A stretch of 61,750 nt of DNA, counting the filler, from Choristocarpus tenellus KU-1152 (Eukaryota > Protista > Phaeophyceae): assembly GCA_964200185.2 (NCBI GenBank). It is 6 parts of 6 records of this genome, joined end to end, with 100 filler letters (N's around TTAATTAATTAA, not from the genome) between each part and the next. Parts side by side here need not be neighbours in the genome. Positions count along the whole stretch, not along the records: positions 27,171 to 48,984 come from CAXNAD020000321.1; positions 49,085 to 54,410 come from CAXNAD020011151.1; 4 more parts are not named here. One strand, written 5' to 3'. The position numbers were made by a program, and so were the translations under genes. Below, piece after piece: positions 39,657 to 51,049 of the stretch. Under the pieces are notes generated by a model, which did no database searches, was not told the origin of the DNA, and worked only from the letters and a program-made list of their open reading frames with translations. Within the stretch, counting starts at the first letter, position 1; each line of letters opens with the position of its first letter.

Positions 39657-41449
39657 TACCCTGAACCGTGGTCAGTGGCACAGCCTGTACATGGCAGTGC
39701 TTCTTCAATACTGAGTTCAGTCATCCCACAGCTTGTTGCTATGTGTCATTGAGTCTTCTTGTGGCGCTACACTCACCTCAGTAACGCTCAGCAACGAAGG
39801 CTTGTCGTTTCTTTGTTACAGCGACAGACAGAAGAGTGTAGGGAAAAAATCCATATTGCCTGCCATATAATAATTTGAATTTATTGTATAGTTGGAAATC
39901 AGATCTCCATTAAATAAAAGCCTGCTATCAAGCAGGGTCCTACACTGACTTGGCAAATTGAAGAAATGACACTGGGTACTAAATATTAAATTGTCGGTGT
40001 CAGTGAGATGGGCAGAAAAACCTGCCGATCTGATTTGAAATAAGTGGGTAGTTCGCTGAACACACTGAGTGGTGAGGGAGTGAGTCACAAGCATAAAGAT
40101 CCACGACTGTTGAGACACCCCACCTTAGATGAAAAAATTATGGATACTTGTATTTTGTTGCCATATCAAGCGGGCGTTGGAGTGAATGTGATAAGTTGTG
40201 TTATACTTGTATGCAGGGAGGCATGATAGGGTAATGTGGTACACCTCTAGTGTTGGACGTTGTAGGCTGACCTTAAATTGAATTTGACGCCAGGTCCAGT
40301 CTCCACCAGATTTAGAGCTTCCCTGCAGAATGCAAGGTTAAGCCCTGCTAGAATTAAAACATGAGCTTTTGCACACATAGATTGTGCAGCATCTCCCAGC
40401 ATCCCTTATCCCCTATAGAAATGCAGTGTTCACCCTTCAAATTGTGGGTAGTTGTACTGAATTGGTCACTCAGCGCCTAACCCTAGCCACTGACTGCATG
40501 GCACCTCCAACCACCAGCCACCACTACTGAGAGCTATCAATTTATGTTGGTAGGCTGAGAAATTGGTTGGAAGGACTATTCTGTCGACAGCATTGTAACC
40601 CAGACCCCTAATTTCAATTGGTGTAAATCTCTTGTTTTTCCTCAAAATTGCTGACCTAGAGAAACTTGGACTCTATATTTTGTACCCTGAAACGATATGA
40701 TGTTTTGGAGACCTCAGCCTTACTTTGTGGAAGAAACACAGCACATTGAACCATTTCACCTCATTGCTACTGATCTTAGAGTACTGATCCCAGAGTCACA
40801 CATTTTTGCTTGAACCTTTTTTCTGTGCTCCTAGACATTGTGCAGCTGTTACCCTTTTAAGGTATGAATTCGTCACTTTTGACAAATCTCATTGCAGTAT
40901 ATATCAAAATATTCATACTACGTACAATTTTGAAGGATTATATAGCCCTGCCCCCTTTTGCACCACCCCCCCCCCCCATTTTGTAGTGTTTCATCTGTGG
41001 AACGTACTATCGCAACTTTCTGCTCAGAGGTCAGCAGCAAGAGGCAGCGCCTATCTTGAGGTGAGCAGGAACTAATTTTGGGGGGGGCTTTTCATCAGAC
41101 AACTTAGTCAACATGGGCAGAGTCCAGCCCATGGCCAGGGGCAGACAATGACCAGGGGCAGCCCATGGCCCAGATATGGATCAGTCCTCCTTTCAAACAT
41201 AAGATCCACAGTCTGGTCATGGATACTGGTATATGCTTTAAGTGGGCCGTGATTAAAATACTTGGTGTTTGACCCCAACTATTGCAGTGCTGTGAATTGT
41301 AATGATGGTTTGGTTAAATCTCGATTCTTCAAAACGGAAGATTGAAAATTTTTCTTAATTGCGAACGTATACTGTATGCATCTCTCCAAAATTGATAATC
41401 CTGCACCTCAATTTTTACCCTGTGCTCATTTTTCGATATGACCGAGTGC

Positions 41450-43650
41450 TTCCAACTTCTTATTTTCAAAAGATTTTGTATAAGGTACTCATAGTTGCTT
41501 TCGATTCACATCACTAAACCTTTTCCAAACTAGGATTATGTGTTTTTTTATCCGTTTCAGGCTCGTTCTTCCAATTTTAATGATAACCGAAGATGTGAAC
41601 CTGTATAGATCGGACTGGGTCCATATCATGTATGTTTCAATGTGGTCATGAGCTGGCCAATAACACGGTCCCGTTACAATGTATGACAGCCCTGGTCCGA
41701 ACACATGTCAGAAACATTGAACTAGTCTGACCAACGAGTTGATAGTTCACCTTTACCTGCCCTGATGAAAAGTCCTGGGTTTTTTCACTTGAAGCTGGAT
41801 AATATTCTTCCCTCTCATGACAATGAGCCAGTGCAAACGTGGAAAGAGGGAGAGTGCCATGGCAAGCACACCATAACAACTGTACATCTTTGGCTGCTGG
41901 AAACACATTGGTTGATAAGGAGAAAGTCTTCCAAAGACCCCCAAAGAATCCTGGATGGTCATGAGCCATTTTGTCACACAAATAGAACATTTCCTAGTTC
42001 TGAATATTATTGGATCTCTAAGGATTTTTTTTCTCAGTACAGTAATGTGGTATAAACTCTTTTTCGCAACCAATAGCAACTGTTGCATTGAGGCACTGTT
42101 ACTAGGAGAGGGGGAACGAATTTGTTCTATCATGCCATCTTGACAACACAGTAAACTCATCTCCTCCAGCACTAACCAAATTTCCGAGTCGAAGCAATCC
42201 AGGCTTCAAACAACATTCATTGTATCGTTTGTACATTGTAAGATGAAACCTGGTGTTCAAGATGCTACCTATCTTCTTGTAATATGTTTCAAGAAGAGGT
42301 AGTTCCTACCGCAACCCTAATCCATAAATAACAGAGTGAATCTATACAAGAATGATGCCATCGAGTTTTCAGGGCCCCTATAGCTACCAGCTGATGGTTT
42401 GGGCACTGTGGAGAGCACCTTAGACTAACAATGTAACATATCGTTTCTAATCCTCCTAAGGGGGGTGACTAATTGCCTTTTTTGGCATGGGCGTGGTGTA
42501 TATTGCACAAGGTTCAAAGAGGCACAAAAACTCAAAATGGTCAAAACTGACCCCGATCTTAGATGGTTTCACTCACATGCAATTTAGCTTTCTGGTCTGG
42601 ATCAACATATTTCAAAGCTCTTCTTGTAATATTATATATACTGCCACTAGTCTCTACTCCGGCATCAGAAAAGGCAACTCAAATTCCTCTCTACCCTTGT
42701 GCTTGTCATCTACAGCGCATTGGTTCTCAGCAGCTGGGTAGGAGTAAGCTTGACATGCCCACGAGATTTATCCCTCTGTATACGGAGTTGAACGTGGGAT
42801 GGAGAAGCATCTGGAGGGTTTGGAAACGTGCTGTAGGTCTGACCTATGGCTGAGATAAATTATCACCCCAAGTGTTCATCTGCTGTCCCGATTTTCTTTT
42901 CAGGGTTGAAGGTTTTTGGAAAGAAGTTGTAGTCGCAATTTGCAAAAGTCGGACGTACTAAAAAAAGGTATCTCAATATAGCAAGAGGAATCCCCATTCA
43001 AACTTTCAGATATTGATCCTGGGTAGAATCCACCAACAGTTAAATACCCAAATGTCAAGGTATCATTCAATTGCCAATGTTTTCGAATCGCTGCACCACT
43101 AACAATTGATTTTTTTTTGAGGCAGTGTGAATGGGTGGATATTAATCACAGCCTCAGCAAGTGCTGCCAACGTCTTGGCAACATTTAGTTTTGCATCTGT
43201 TGAATATGATTGCCTTTTGTTTCTGTCGAATTGACCAGGCTTGTCATACTCGATTGTGGTATGGTTCAAATATAGTGTGATGGGAGAAATCAAACTTGAG
43301 GTGGTCCACAAAACCTCACAGGGGATTGCAGGCTTAAGGATAGGGTTGGAGCTGAGGGAAAATATGGATGTATTTTTGAGTTGGTTGACCGACATGGTCG
43401 GGGGACAAGGAAGATGGCAACAACCAATGGCAAGCAAGGTAGAGTTCGAGGAACATATTATCGTTTCACAGCTGCAGTCCGGTTTCATTGTCGACCCTTC
43501 AACTCGTCCAGGTATGTAATGCTGAGGAAAATATGCTGAAGTACATGCAACATCTGCACCACCAAAATTTGCATGTTTGATTTGTAGAAGAAACATCCTA
43601 TGGAGATAATCTTCTGCTTTGGACATCTTCACAGCTGCTCCTCCATAGAA
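41450..43650 (-). pseudogene. Decayed DNA-transposon transposase, tentatively Sola2-like
   Basis: Frameshifted minus-strand fragments in plausible order: KRQSYSTDAKLNVAK (HTH-like, ~43220); QIRSPSP...QCNSC (~42110); YQPMCFQQPKMYSCYGV (~41900; compare Sola2-type GPIYFxTPRKCxLFGV); KVNYQLVGQT...VFG (~41750-41697; compare FMLVGHTKFxPDxxFG). The motif matches are from memory only. Confidence 0.35.
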
Positions 43651-44183
43651 TTACACCCATTGAAAAATATTCTAGAGGTGACGATATTACTGCCCGGTTC
43701 CTCAGGTATAGAGGTTGGAGGCACAAACATCTCACACTTCATGTCACGCTTACCTTAGTTTCAATGTTATGTACCCCATGATGGTCAGTACAAAGTTGAT
43801 ATATATTTTTAAGAACATGACGATTTTTGTGTGTTGAATGATTTGTTCATTAGAATTATTCCACTGTTCTACTGTACATCTCGTATGGTTGTAGGCTCTG
43901 TTTTCTCAAAATAGAAGAGCAAGTTACGAACGAGTAAAATAATGAAATATCACCCGATGAAACCGTTTGGAAACCAAACAAAATGCAACAAGATGAGGCC
44001 CTGCGAAATCGTTAACGGTATAGACTCTAACTAAAGCTTCATACTATTGTTCAATCGACTTCCATTATCGTTCTTGACCAGACGATGTCAAAGAATGAGT
44101 TCCTCTAAAGTTCTCTGCATTTATACACCAGACAAAAGTCCCTCTCCGGCAATTTGATACGTAGGTCCAGGGGCAAGGAAAAA

Positions 44184-47100
44184 ATGGGAGCTCCACAGCA
44201 CGAGGTCGCATCACTCGAGTCACCACCAATGTCTGTTTCCTCTCAAACAAGATCGAGTATATCCTGTCCCAGTACTTCTCTTGCGGAATCGGTCGGTACT
44301 TTCAATCCAGAGAAATTTGCTGAGCAACAGAAAGGAGTTCTCGTGAGTAGAAATATTTGTCATAGTTTAAGGATCCAAAAGGGGACAGGGACAAAAAAAG
44401 TCAATAAGCAGGACTTTGACTTTGAGGTGAAATGCCAACAAAGCTATTGCATTTTGAATGTACCGGTACCTATCTAGGCTGACTTTTTATTAAGATTGCA
44501 CATCTTGAGAGGTGATCAGGGGAGAAAAACAGTAGAACAAGAACGATTTCAAGGAAGGGCGAATTCCCCCCCTAATGGTATAACATGAAAGCACGTTCAG
44601 AATGTTCATTAGATGTACACACGGAAAGCGGCATTAGTCGCCTCTCCATTAATGAGTGGCTCCCTTTTTACAGAATGGGAGTGGCCTACTATATGGGGAC
44701 ACCTCGAAAACATTGATGGAGGGCAAGCTCAGGGCAGAGAAAGTATTGGAGCAAGTTGGAGCAGTCCTTCGTGGTGAACAACGGAAAGTTGGAACCCGTG
44801 AGGAACCACTCAGCTCTGAGGCAAGGAAGTAGGCAGTAAATGGGCAAGGGGTGATGCAATTATGTATTTTTGTGATGACGGAAAAGCTTGGAAACGTAAA
44901 ATTGTGTATTGAAACATTCTGGAGGGCTTGGCGGCTCACTGAAACAGTCTGAGCAATGTAAGTGTGAGGTAGCACCCCAAATGAGTACCAAATACTCTTG
45001 ACGAGCTTAACACATCATCAAGGTCCAGAATCTGTGCAATAACTGTGGTAATACAATCGTCAAGGCCTCCACTTCACTTACTGCCTAGTTTCCCACTACT
45101 TCAGACCTTGCAAGACCTTTCAACAAGACTGAAACGAGCTCTCTTTATGAGCCCAAATGAAAAGCGGCTGTATGCCATGCGAGGGGAGGTGCACAAGCGT
45201 ATGCAGGTGAATGAAAAGTCAGAAAAACCTTCTAGAAAATGACCTGATGTGGGCATTCCATCACGAGTTTTCATTTGAGATATGGGGAGGAAAAGTTCAT
45301 TACAGTAAAATGCGTGTTCAAAAGCATGAACTGTTGCTCTCTCCATCTCTTTTTTCCTTTACTTTTGTTATAGGAGGAGCTATAAAATATTTCAATGTTT
45401 ACCGGGTGTTGACAGCTAGCAATAAAGGTTTGTACGGAAAGGAAGAGGACAAGCAAGAGGTAGAGCTACTTTGACAAGAATATCGCCCAACTCAAATTCT
45501 ACCAATGAGACTCATCATGTTGAACATGAAACATGAGAGACTGGGCTTGAAAGTTGCGGTTTTGTTTCACAATAAAAACTGTGATGTGAAGCCCTAACAT
45601 TACTTGAGAGGTACCTCCCAGGACTACAACATGAAATCAGCATCTGTTGGCAAAAAATCTCTGAACTACCCTGCTGCCCTCATGCCCAAGCAATGAAATC
45701 TTATTGCAACAAATTTCCATCCCCTCAATGCCAAGTGTAGCTATATTTATTTTAAAATATCATGAAGGAATGAATCTTCAGCTGCAATAGGAAAGTGAAC
45801 GATGATCTATAGTATCTTATGGTGGGCCAGAATCATAATATTCTGGGTCTGATATCATATATGGGATACTTTAGTTGAGAAAAGGCGATTTCCTTGATCT
45901 GGACACACCTTCTACATCCACAGACTCCTGATTATCTGAATTTGGGCATGGAAATGGGGGAGTTAGGGGAACAAGATTATATTTGAACCCTTACCATCAA
46001 AATGGTCAAATTCTACCCCCCCTAGGACACTTTGGTTCAACAACATAAATGACACCAAATAACTTGAAAATTTACACTTCACAATAGAATCCCGATGTGT
46101 CATAAGGAAACTGACAATCAGAGAAGTGGAGAAAATCACTTGAAATCACTTCAGAGTATGCAAATATCAATGCTATTGCGAAATACTGCAGTGCATTACC
46201 CCTCTTTGGCAAATCCATTCCAGGACTTTATCAAGCCAATAACCATTTGTAGGGTAGGGAGAGGCACAGAGGAATGTGGCTTAAGCACACATACCCCCCA
46301 TTAAATCCTGCCGTCTTGGACCTACAGCGTTCCAGCCTTGAAAGCTTGCTCCTACATGTAGTATTTCGTTGACCTTACTGCAATCCTGCTTCACACCTAA
46401 TGATCCCAAAGGACCTGCGCACTGCCGTGTACAGCCTACGTCTAGTTGTGAGGATGGATTCATCTTCACTACCCAATCGAGAGAAGTTGGCTACTTGCCT
46501 TCAGAGCCAGGTGAAAAGGGTCTAGACAAAGTTGAAAGAATGTGTAAGCCTACTGAACATCTCCACAATACCAACTGAATATTGCAAGGGTATGCAGCGC
46601 ACATGATGTGTTCACACACTAAGAGTTCATAGGAATTACATCATTCTCAAGACCTTTGTGATTGTATATATTTACATGGGGTGGGAGAAGAATTATTCAT
46701 AACGTAAAGTGATGGTACTAGATGGGGTTGAAAGCTTCTTTCATTTGACTAGTTCTATTTGATTGCGAAGTCTGTGAAGCATGGCAGAGTAGAGCAGCCT
46801 GCATGTTCATCTTGTAACAGTATAGGTAAGATACTAAATTGATATCTCATATCCACTTCTACTAGCCCGCCCTTGCCCCCTTTCCCTTCTACTTAAAGTT
46901 TTTTCATTCCAATCAATAAAATAATTACCTATCTTTCATTGGATATCAATTTCCACAAGTTGTGTTGTTGCAAAGGAAGGTTAACGATAGACTTAGGGCT
47001 AGGCAAAGATTCATGGAAAACTTGACGTTCCTGGACTCCACTGAGCAGGGGATGGTCTGGATGGATGCTGGGGAGTACACAACGGCACTGAACTGCTTTG

Positions 47101-48898
47101 AAGAAGCTTGTCTAGTCGATGCCTTCAATTCTTCCTTTCACATCAATAGGGTGGTGGCATGCATAAAGGTAAATATATCAACAACTTTCTGTCAATATCA
47201 CAATCTTTCTCATTTCATTGCTTCATTTTTTGTTAGGATCTGGAAATATTGCATTGGATGGGTCAAGTGAGCTGACTCCTTATTGAAATGATAAGGGCTG
47301 GAGAAGGGATAGAAGAAGTATATAAGCTCAAGTCTGTTATTCCTTTGCAAGCAAAATCAGTGTGACCTTGACCAGGATCAACACGGGCCAATTGACACTA
47401 TCTCATACTGTGCAAAGTCAAGTTGATGTCAGGCGATCTAGTTGAGCACTGGTCCTGGGAACAGAATAAAAATAGAACTATGGAGAAATGTTGGCTTGTG
47501 CAGCTCTTTTCACAGTCAAATTCTTGGCTGGAGGGTCATTCAATGTCTGAAATGCAGTCCAAATGCTCCATGTTGTTGGACATCCTTCAGGAAAAAGAAA
47601 ACAAATTTTATCACAATCCTTGTTGTATCTCATTGCCATGGGCTTGACCACTACGACAAACCGTTATATCTCCCTCCCTTCGAGGCCGGGACTCATCGGG
47701 GACACACTATTGGAAATCGTTGATGCTGATTGTTCCTCCCATTGCAATCTGCTGTATGGTTTTCCTCAACTGGAGGGGTGATCACTTGGGGGCAGTATTA
47801 CGAAAATTACAATGCACTCCTTAATCAATGTATCCAACAAAGTATGAAGAAAGTATTATCACAAAAATGTAGTGCTGCCCCAAAACAAGCAAAGGGATTG
47901 ACCCAAAGTATCTGGGGGGGGGGAGGGGGTCTACACCAGAGTGTCCATTTCGACCAAAATCAGGAAAAGTGCACTTTCATTATTCATTCAACGTATGGAA
48001 CCAAATCACCCAAAAATCACAACATGAAAAGATTGGCCTCAAATGGACAGCCGCCACCCCCCCACACAAAATTTGAGCCATCGTGTCATATTGTGGAGCA
48101 CATTATAAAGCTTCACATTACTATATGGATTCCAGCCACTACTGCACAACTAACGCAACTGTTCTATGTAGTAAGATGCATTCATTGACACTGAGAAAAA
48201 CGAATCTTTGACAAAACCACTCGAAATGGAGGGGCACAGGTCAGAACATCATAAGTCAATGACAGCACCTGAGGATTGTAGATTATTGGAACCTTCAAGG
48301 CAAAAACTATCAAAGACTTGAGGTTACCGCGTTGGGGAAATGTGTAGGATGTAGCCACACATTATTTCCCAAGAATGTAGGCCCAACAATGTAGAAGATT
48401 CTCAAGTAGAGTACTTTGAATTAAGGCAACTGAGAACAAGTGAATCAAAATGCAAATGAAATCAAAAGCAGCAGAAATGGTCATACGTGAAGCAGGACAT
48501 GAGTTGTAGGAGGTATCTGTCCCCCTAAGGCAATTCACAAATTTTGACTTCCTCTTGATATCGTCACTTTTCACTTGATAGCATTATCAATCTCTTTCCC
48601 ACTTTCAAGAATGTGATTAGGGGGGAAGGCTTCAGTCACTCAAGTTACACATTATTAACCTGAAACTAGATTGTCACCTCAATATACCATGCTCCATTCT
48701 CGACCAAGCTCAAGAGTATATTTTAGACTATTCACTTTGACATTCCCCCCCGGTCTACAACTTAATCTCGTGTCCTTGAATGTGCAGCTCAGAAGGTATA
48801 CCGATGCTTTAAAATTGATGGAGTCGGTCATGGGCTGCAGGAGGGCAACTGCAGACGATCTGGTTCTTAGAGCCAAGATACACTGGGCCTTGGGCATG
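44184..48898 (+). CDS. Tetratricopeptide-repeat protein, TTC16-like; continues past the 48985 linker
   Basis: Exons 44184/44229-44342, 44674-44820 (GC donor), 45105-45206 (RLKRALFMSPNEKRLYAMRGEVH), 47049-47168 (GMVWMDAGEYTTALNCFEEACLVD...INRVVACIK), 48788-48898 (LRRYTDALKLME...LVLRAKIHWALGM). One internal exon was probably not located. Confidence 0.75.
47900..48079 (+). mobile_element. Family-B MITE
   Basis: GACCCAAAGTATCTGGGGGG...GTCCATTT...CAAATGGACAGCCGCCACCCCCC...TTTGAGCC. Confidence 0.78.
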
Positions 48899-48913
48899 GT
48901 GAGACCTAACCCT

Positions 48914-48984
48914 AACCCAAAGTATCTGGGAGGGTGGGGGGGGGGCTACACGAGGGTGTCCATTTGGACCAAAATCGGGAAAAG
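48914..48984 (+). mobile_element. Left part of a family-B MITE, cut by the linker
   Basis: AACCCAAAGTATCTGGGAGGGTGGGG...GGGTGTCCATTTGGACC, directly preceded by CCTAACCCT. Confidence 0.75.
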
Positions 48985-49189
48985 NNNNNNNNNNNNNNNN
49001 NNNNNNNNNNNNNNNNNNNNNNNNNNNNTTAATTAATTAANNNNNNNNNNNNNNNNNNNNNNNNNNNNNNNNNNNNNNNNNNNNCCTCCCGGGCAGCCAA
49101 TTGTCAGAAAAAGAGGCACCCACCAAACGCCGCCCCCCCCCCCCCCCACTCACAACGTTCGGCCTCTGTTTGCCACTGGCGACAACACC

Positions 49190-50150
49190 AACACGTACAC
49201 CCCTTGCCCACATATATAAACAAACACTCAACATGTACCGTTCGAACTTATGCCACATCCGTCACTCCCTTCACGTCAACACGACACGTACCGTCAAGAT
49301 CACACAATGCACCTATGAAATGACTGCACATATAGTCTATACACACTTACAACCATCGCCGCCTTTTTTGAACAAGTCTGCCGATCGGTAAACCCGCGCA
49401 AAATTACAAATTTCTCTTTTCTTTCCAGTGCCAACATCAACCACATACCCATCGCTTGTAACAGGAATATATACCACATACACTACATGCATTATTCTTC
49501 CCGCCCCCTGGACCTGATCCCTCCTTGCCACTCGCATCAGTCTGCACCCTCCCACCCCTTGACAACCCGTACACTAAACGCGCAATACATATCGTTGACC
49601 CATTATGTCACATCCGCACCTTCCCTCGCGTCGACATCAAAAATCACATGATAAATGCACATAAGCATTTATTAATTGACCGCACACCGTCCGTGCACAC
49701 TTGCAGCCATCACCCTCGATTTAGAATGAGTCTGCCAATCGGTAAACTAACCCAAAACTCCAAGCTTTTGTTTCCTTTCACGTAACAATGTCGGCCACAT
49801 ATCCATCGCTTGCTGCAGAATAGATACCACATGAACCACGTGTATGATTCTCCCCATCACAATAATTAATCCCTGTTTGCAACTCCCGACACTCTGCACC
49901 CTCCCGTCCCTTGCTAATACATATATTCCACCAAGGCAATAGATTTCGTGGACCAATTATGTCATATCCATGCCTTCCCTTCATGCCGACAACACGAATC
50001 ACAGTATGATCGCTCATAAACACACCTCTTAATCGACCGCACAAAGTCCGTGCGGTCTTGCAACCATCGCCCTCTATTTTTCAGAAGTCTGCCAATCGGC
50101 AATCTAACCAGAAACTCCAAGTTTTGGGTTTCATCACACACTGCCATCCG
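49190..50150. repeat. Three degenerate tandem copies of a ~354-bp unit
   Basis: Anchors GTCTGCC(G/A)ATCGG(T/C)AA at ~49376, ~49730 and ~50087; TTATG(C/T)CA(C/T)ATCC at ~49248, ~49603 and ~49957; CCCTTG at ~49201, ~49556 and ~49908. Confidence 0.8.
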
Positions 50151-51049
50151 TCGTTACCAAACACTCCTTTACAGCAATAGGTATCACTTATCACCACAAA
50201 AAAAATGCAATCACATAGAATCGGTCCCAGCACAATGCCTCAGTGCTGACACTAACTCCAAAACATACCGCCCCTCCCCTTATACGCACAATTACCACAA
50301 CCCTTAGGATTGGACGGACGGGGACAGCAGACAGCACAGTAACACGAATACAAAACTTCTATACATCGACACGTTCCGCGCACAGGAGATAGTCCACTTT
50401 CCGACTTACAAGATCGACCGTGCAGAATGACACGACTCACGTGTCAAGAACCTCAGTGGAATTAAGTCCATGCACAGGTTCTTCACTGGTCGGCTCACAT
50501 CCGGAGGCTCCTGTACATTGATATTCACGGAACTGTCGTGTTACTGCCCAAACTGTTCCATCGGCAACCTGGCCCAATGCAGGTGGCAACTCACCCACGT
50601 GCCCCCGCTCAAGGAGATAGACCTCGGATTTTCCACGGAAGCGGGAACGGGTGATATGTATCTGAGAAGTCAGCTGTCGAGAAAGAAGAGACAGCTCGCT
50701 GAGGGGAACATATGCATTTTGCGGACGCAGACATCAGAGTACAATGGTATAGAGTTCTTGCCGTGCACTGTCCACTGCAAGGACAGGATTCAATGGAACA
50801 CCAGACACCACTCCAGCTACGGAGGGATGTTCAGTGCTGGAGATGAGGTCGTCTTTGTCACGGAAGACTTCGAGGTGCTGAGTGCTAGCTTCGTTGTTGA
50901 TGGAGTGCCAACTAATCACATGCCACGGAGGGACAAGGTGAGTAACGCTTCTTATTGCTTCTAAGGGAACAATGCCCCACACGAACGATTCCACCCTGTC
51001 CATATACAGATACAGATGTCACATATCTCCTTACATCCCCTCTAACCAA

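Noticed and set aside
49190-50150. CRISPR-like or repeat-protein interpretation of the tandem units
   Set aside because: The units are ~354 bp, diverged throughout, with no unique spacers, no cas genes and no intact frame, in a eukaryotic context.
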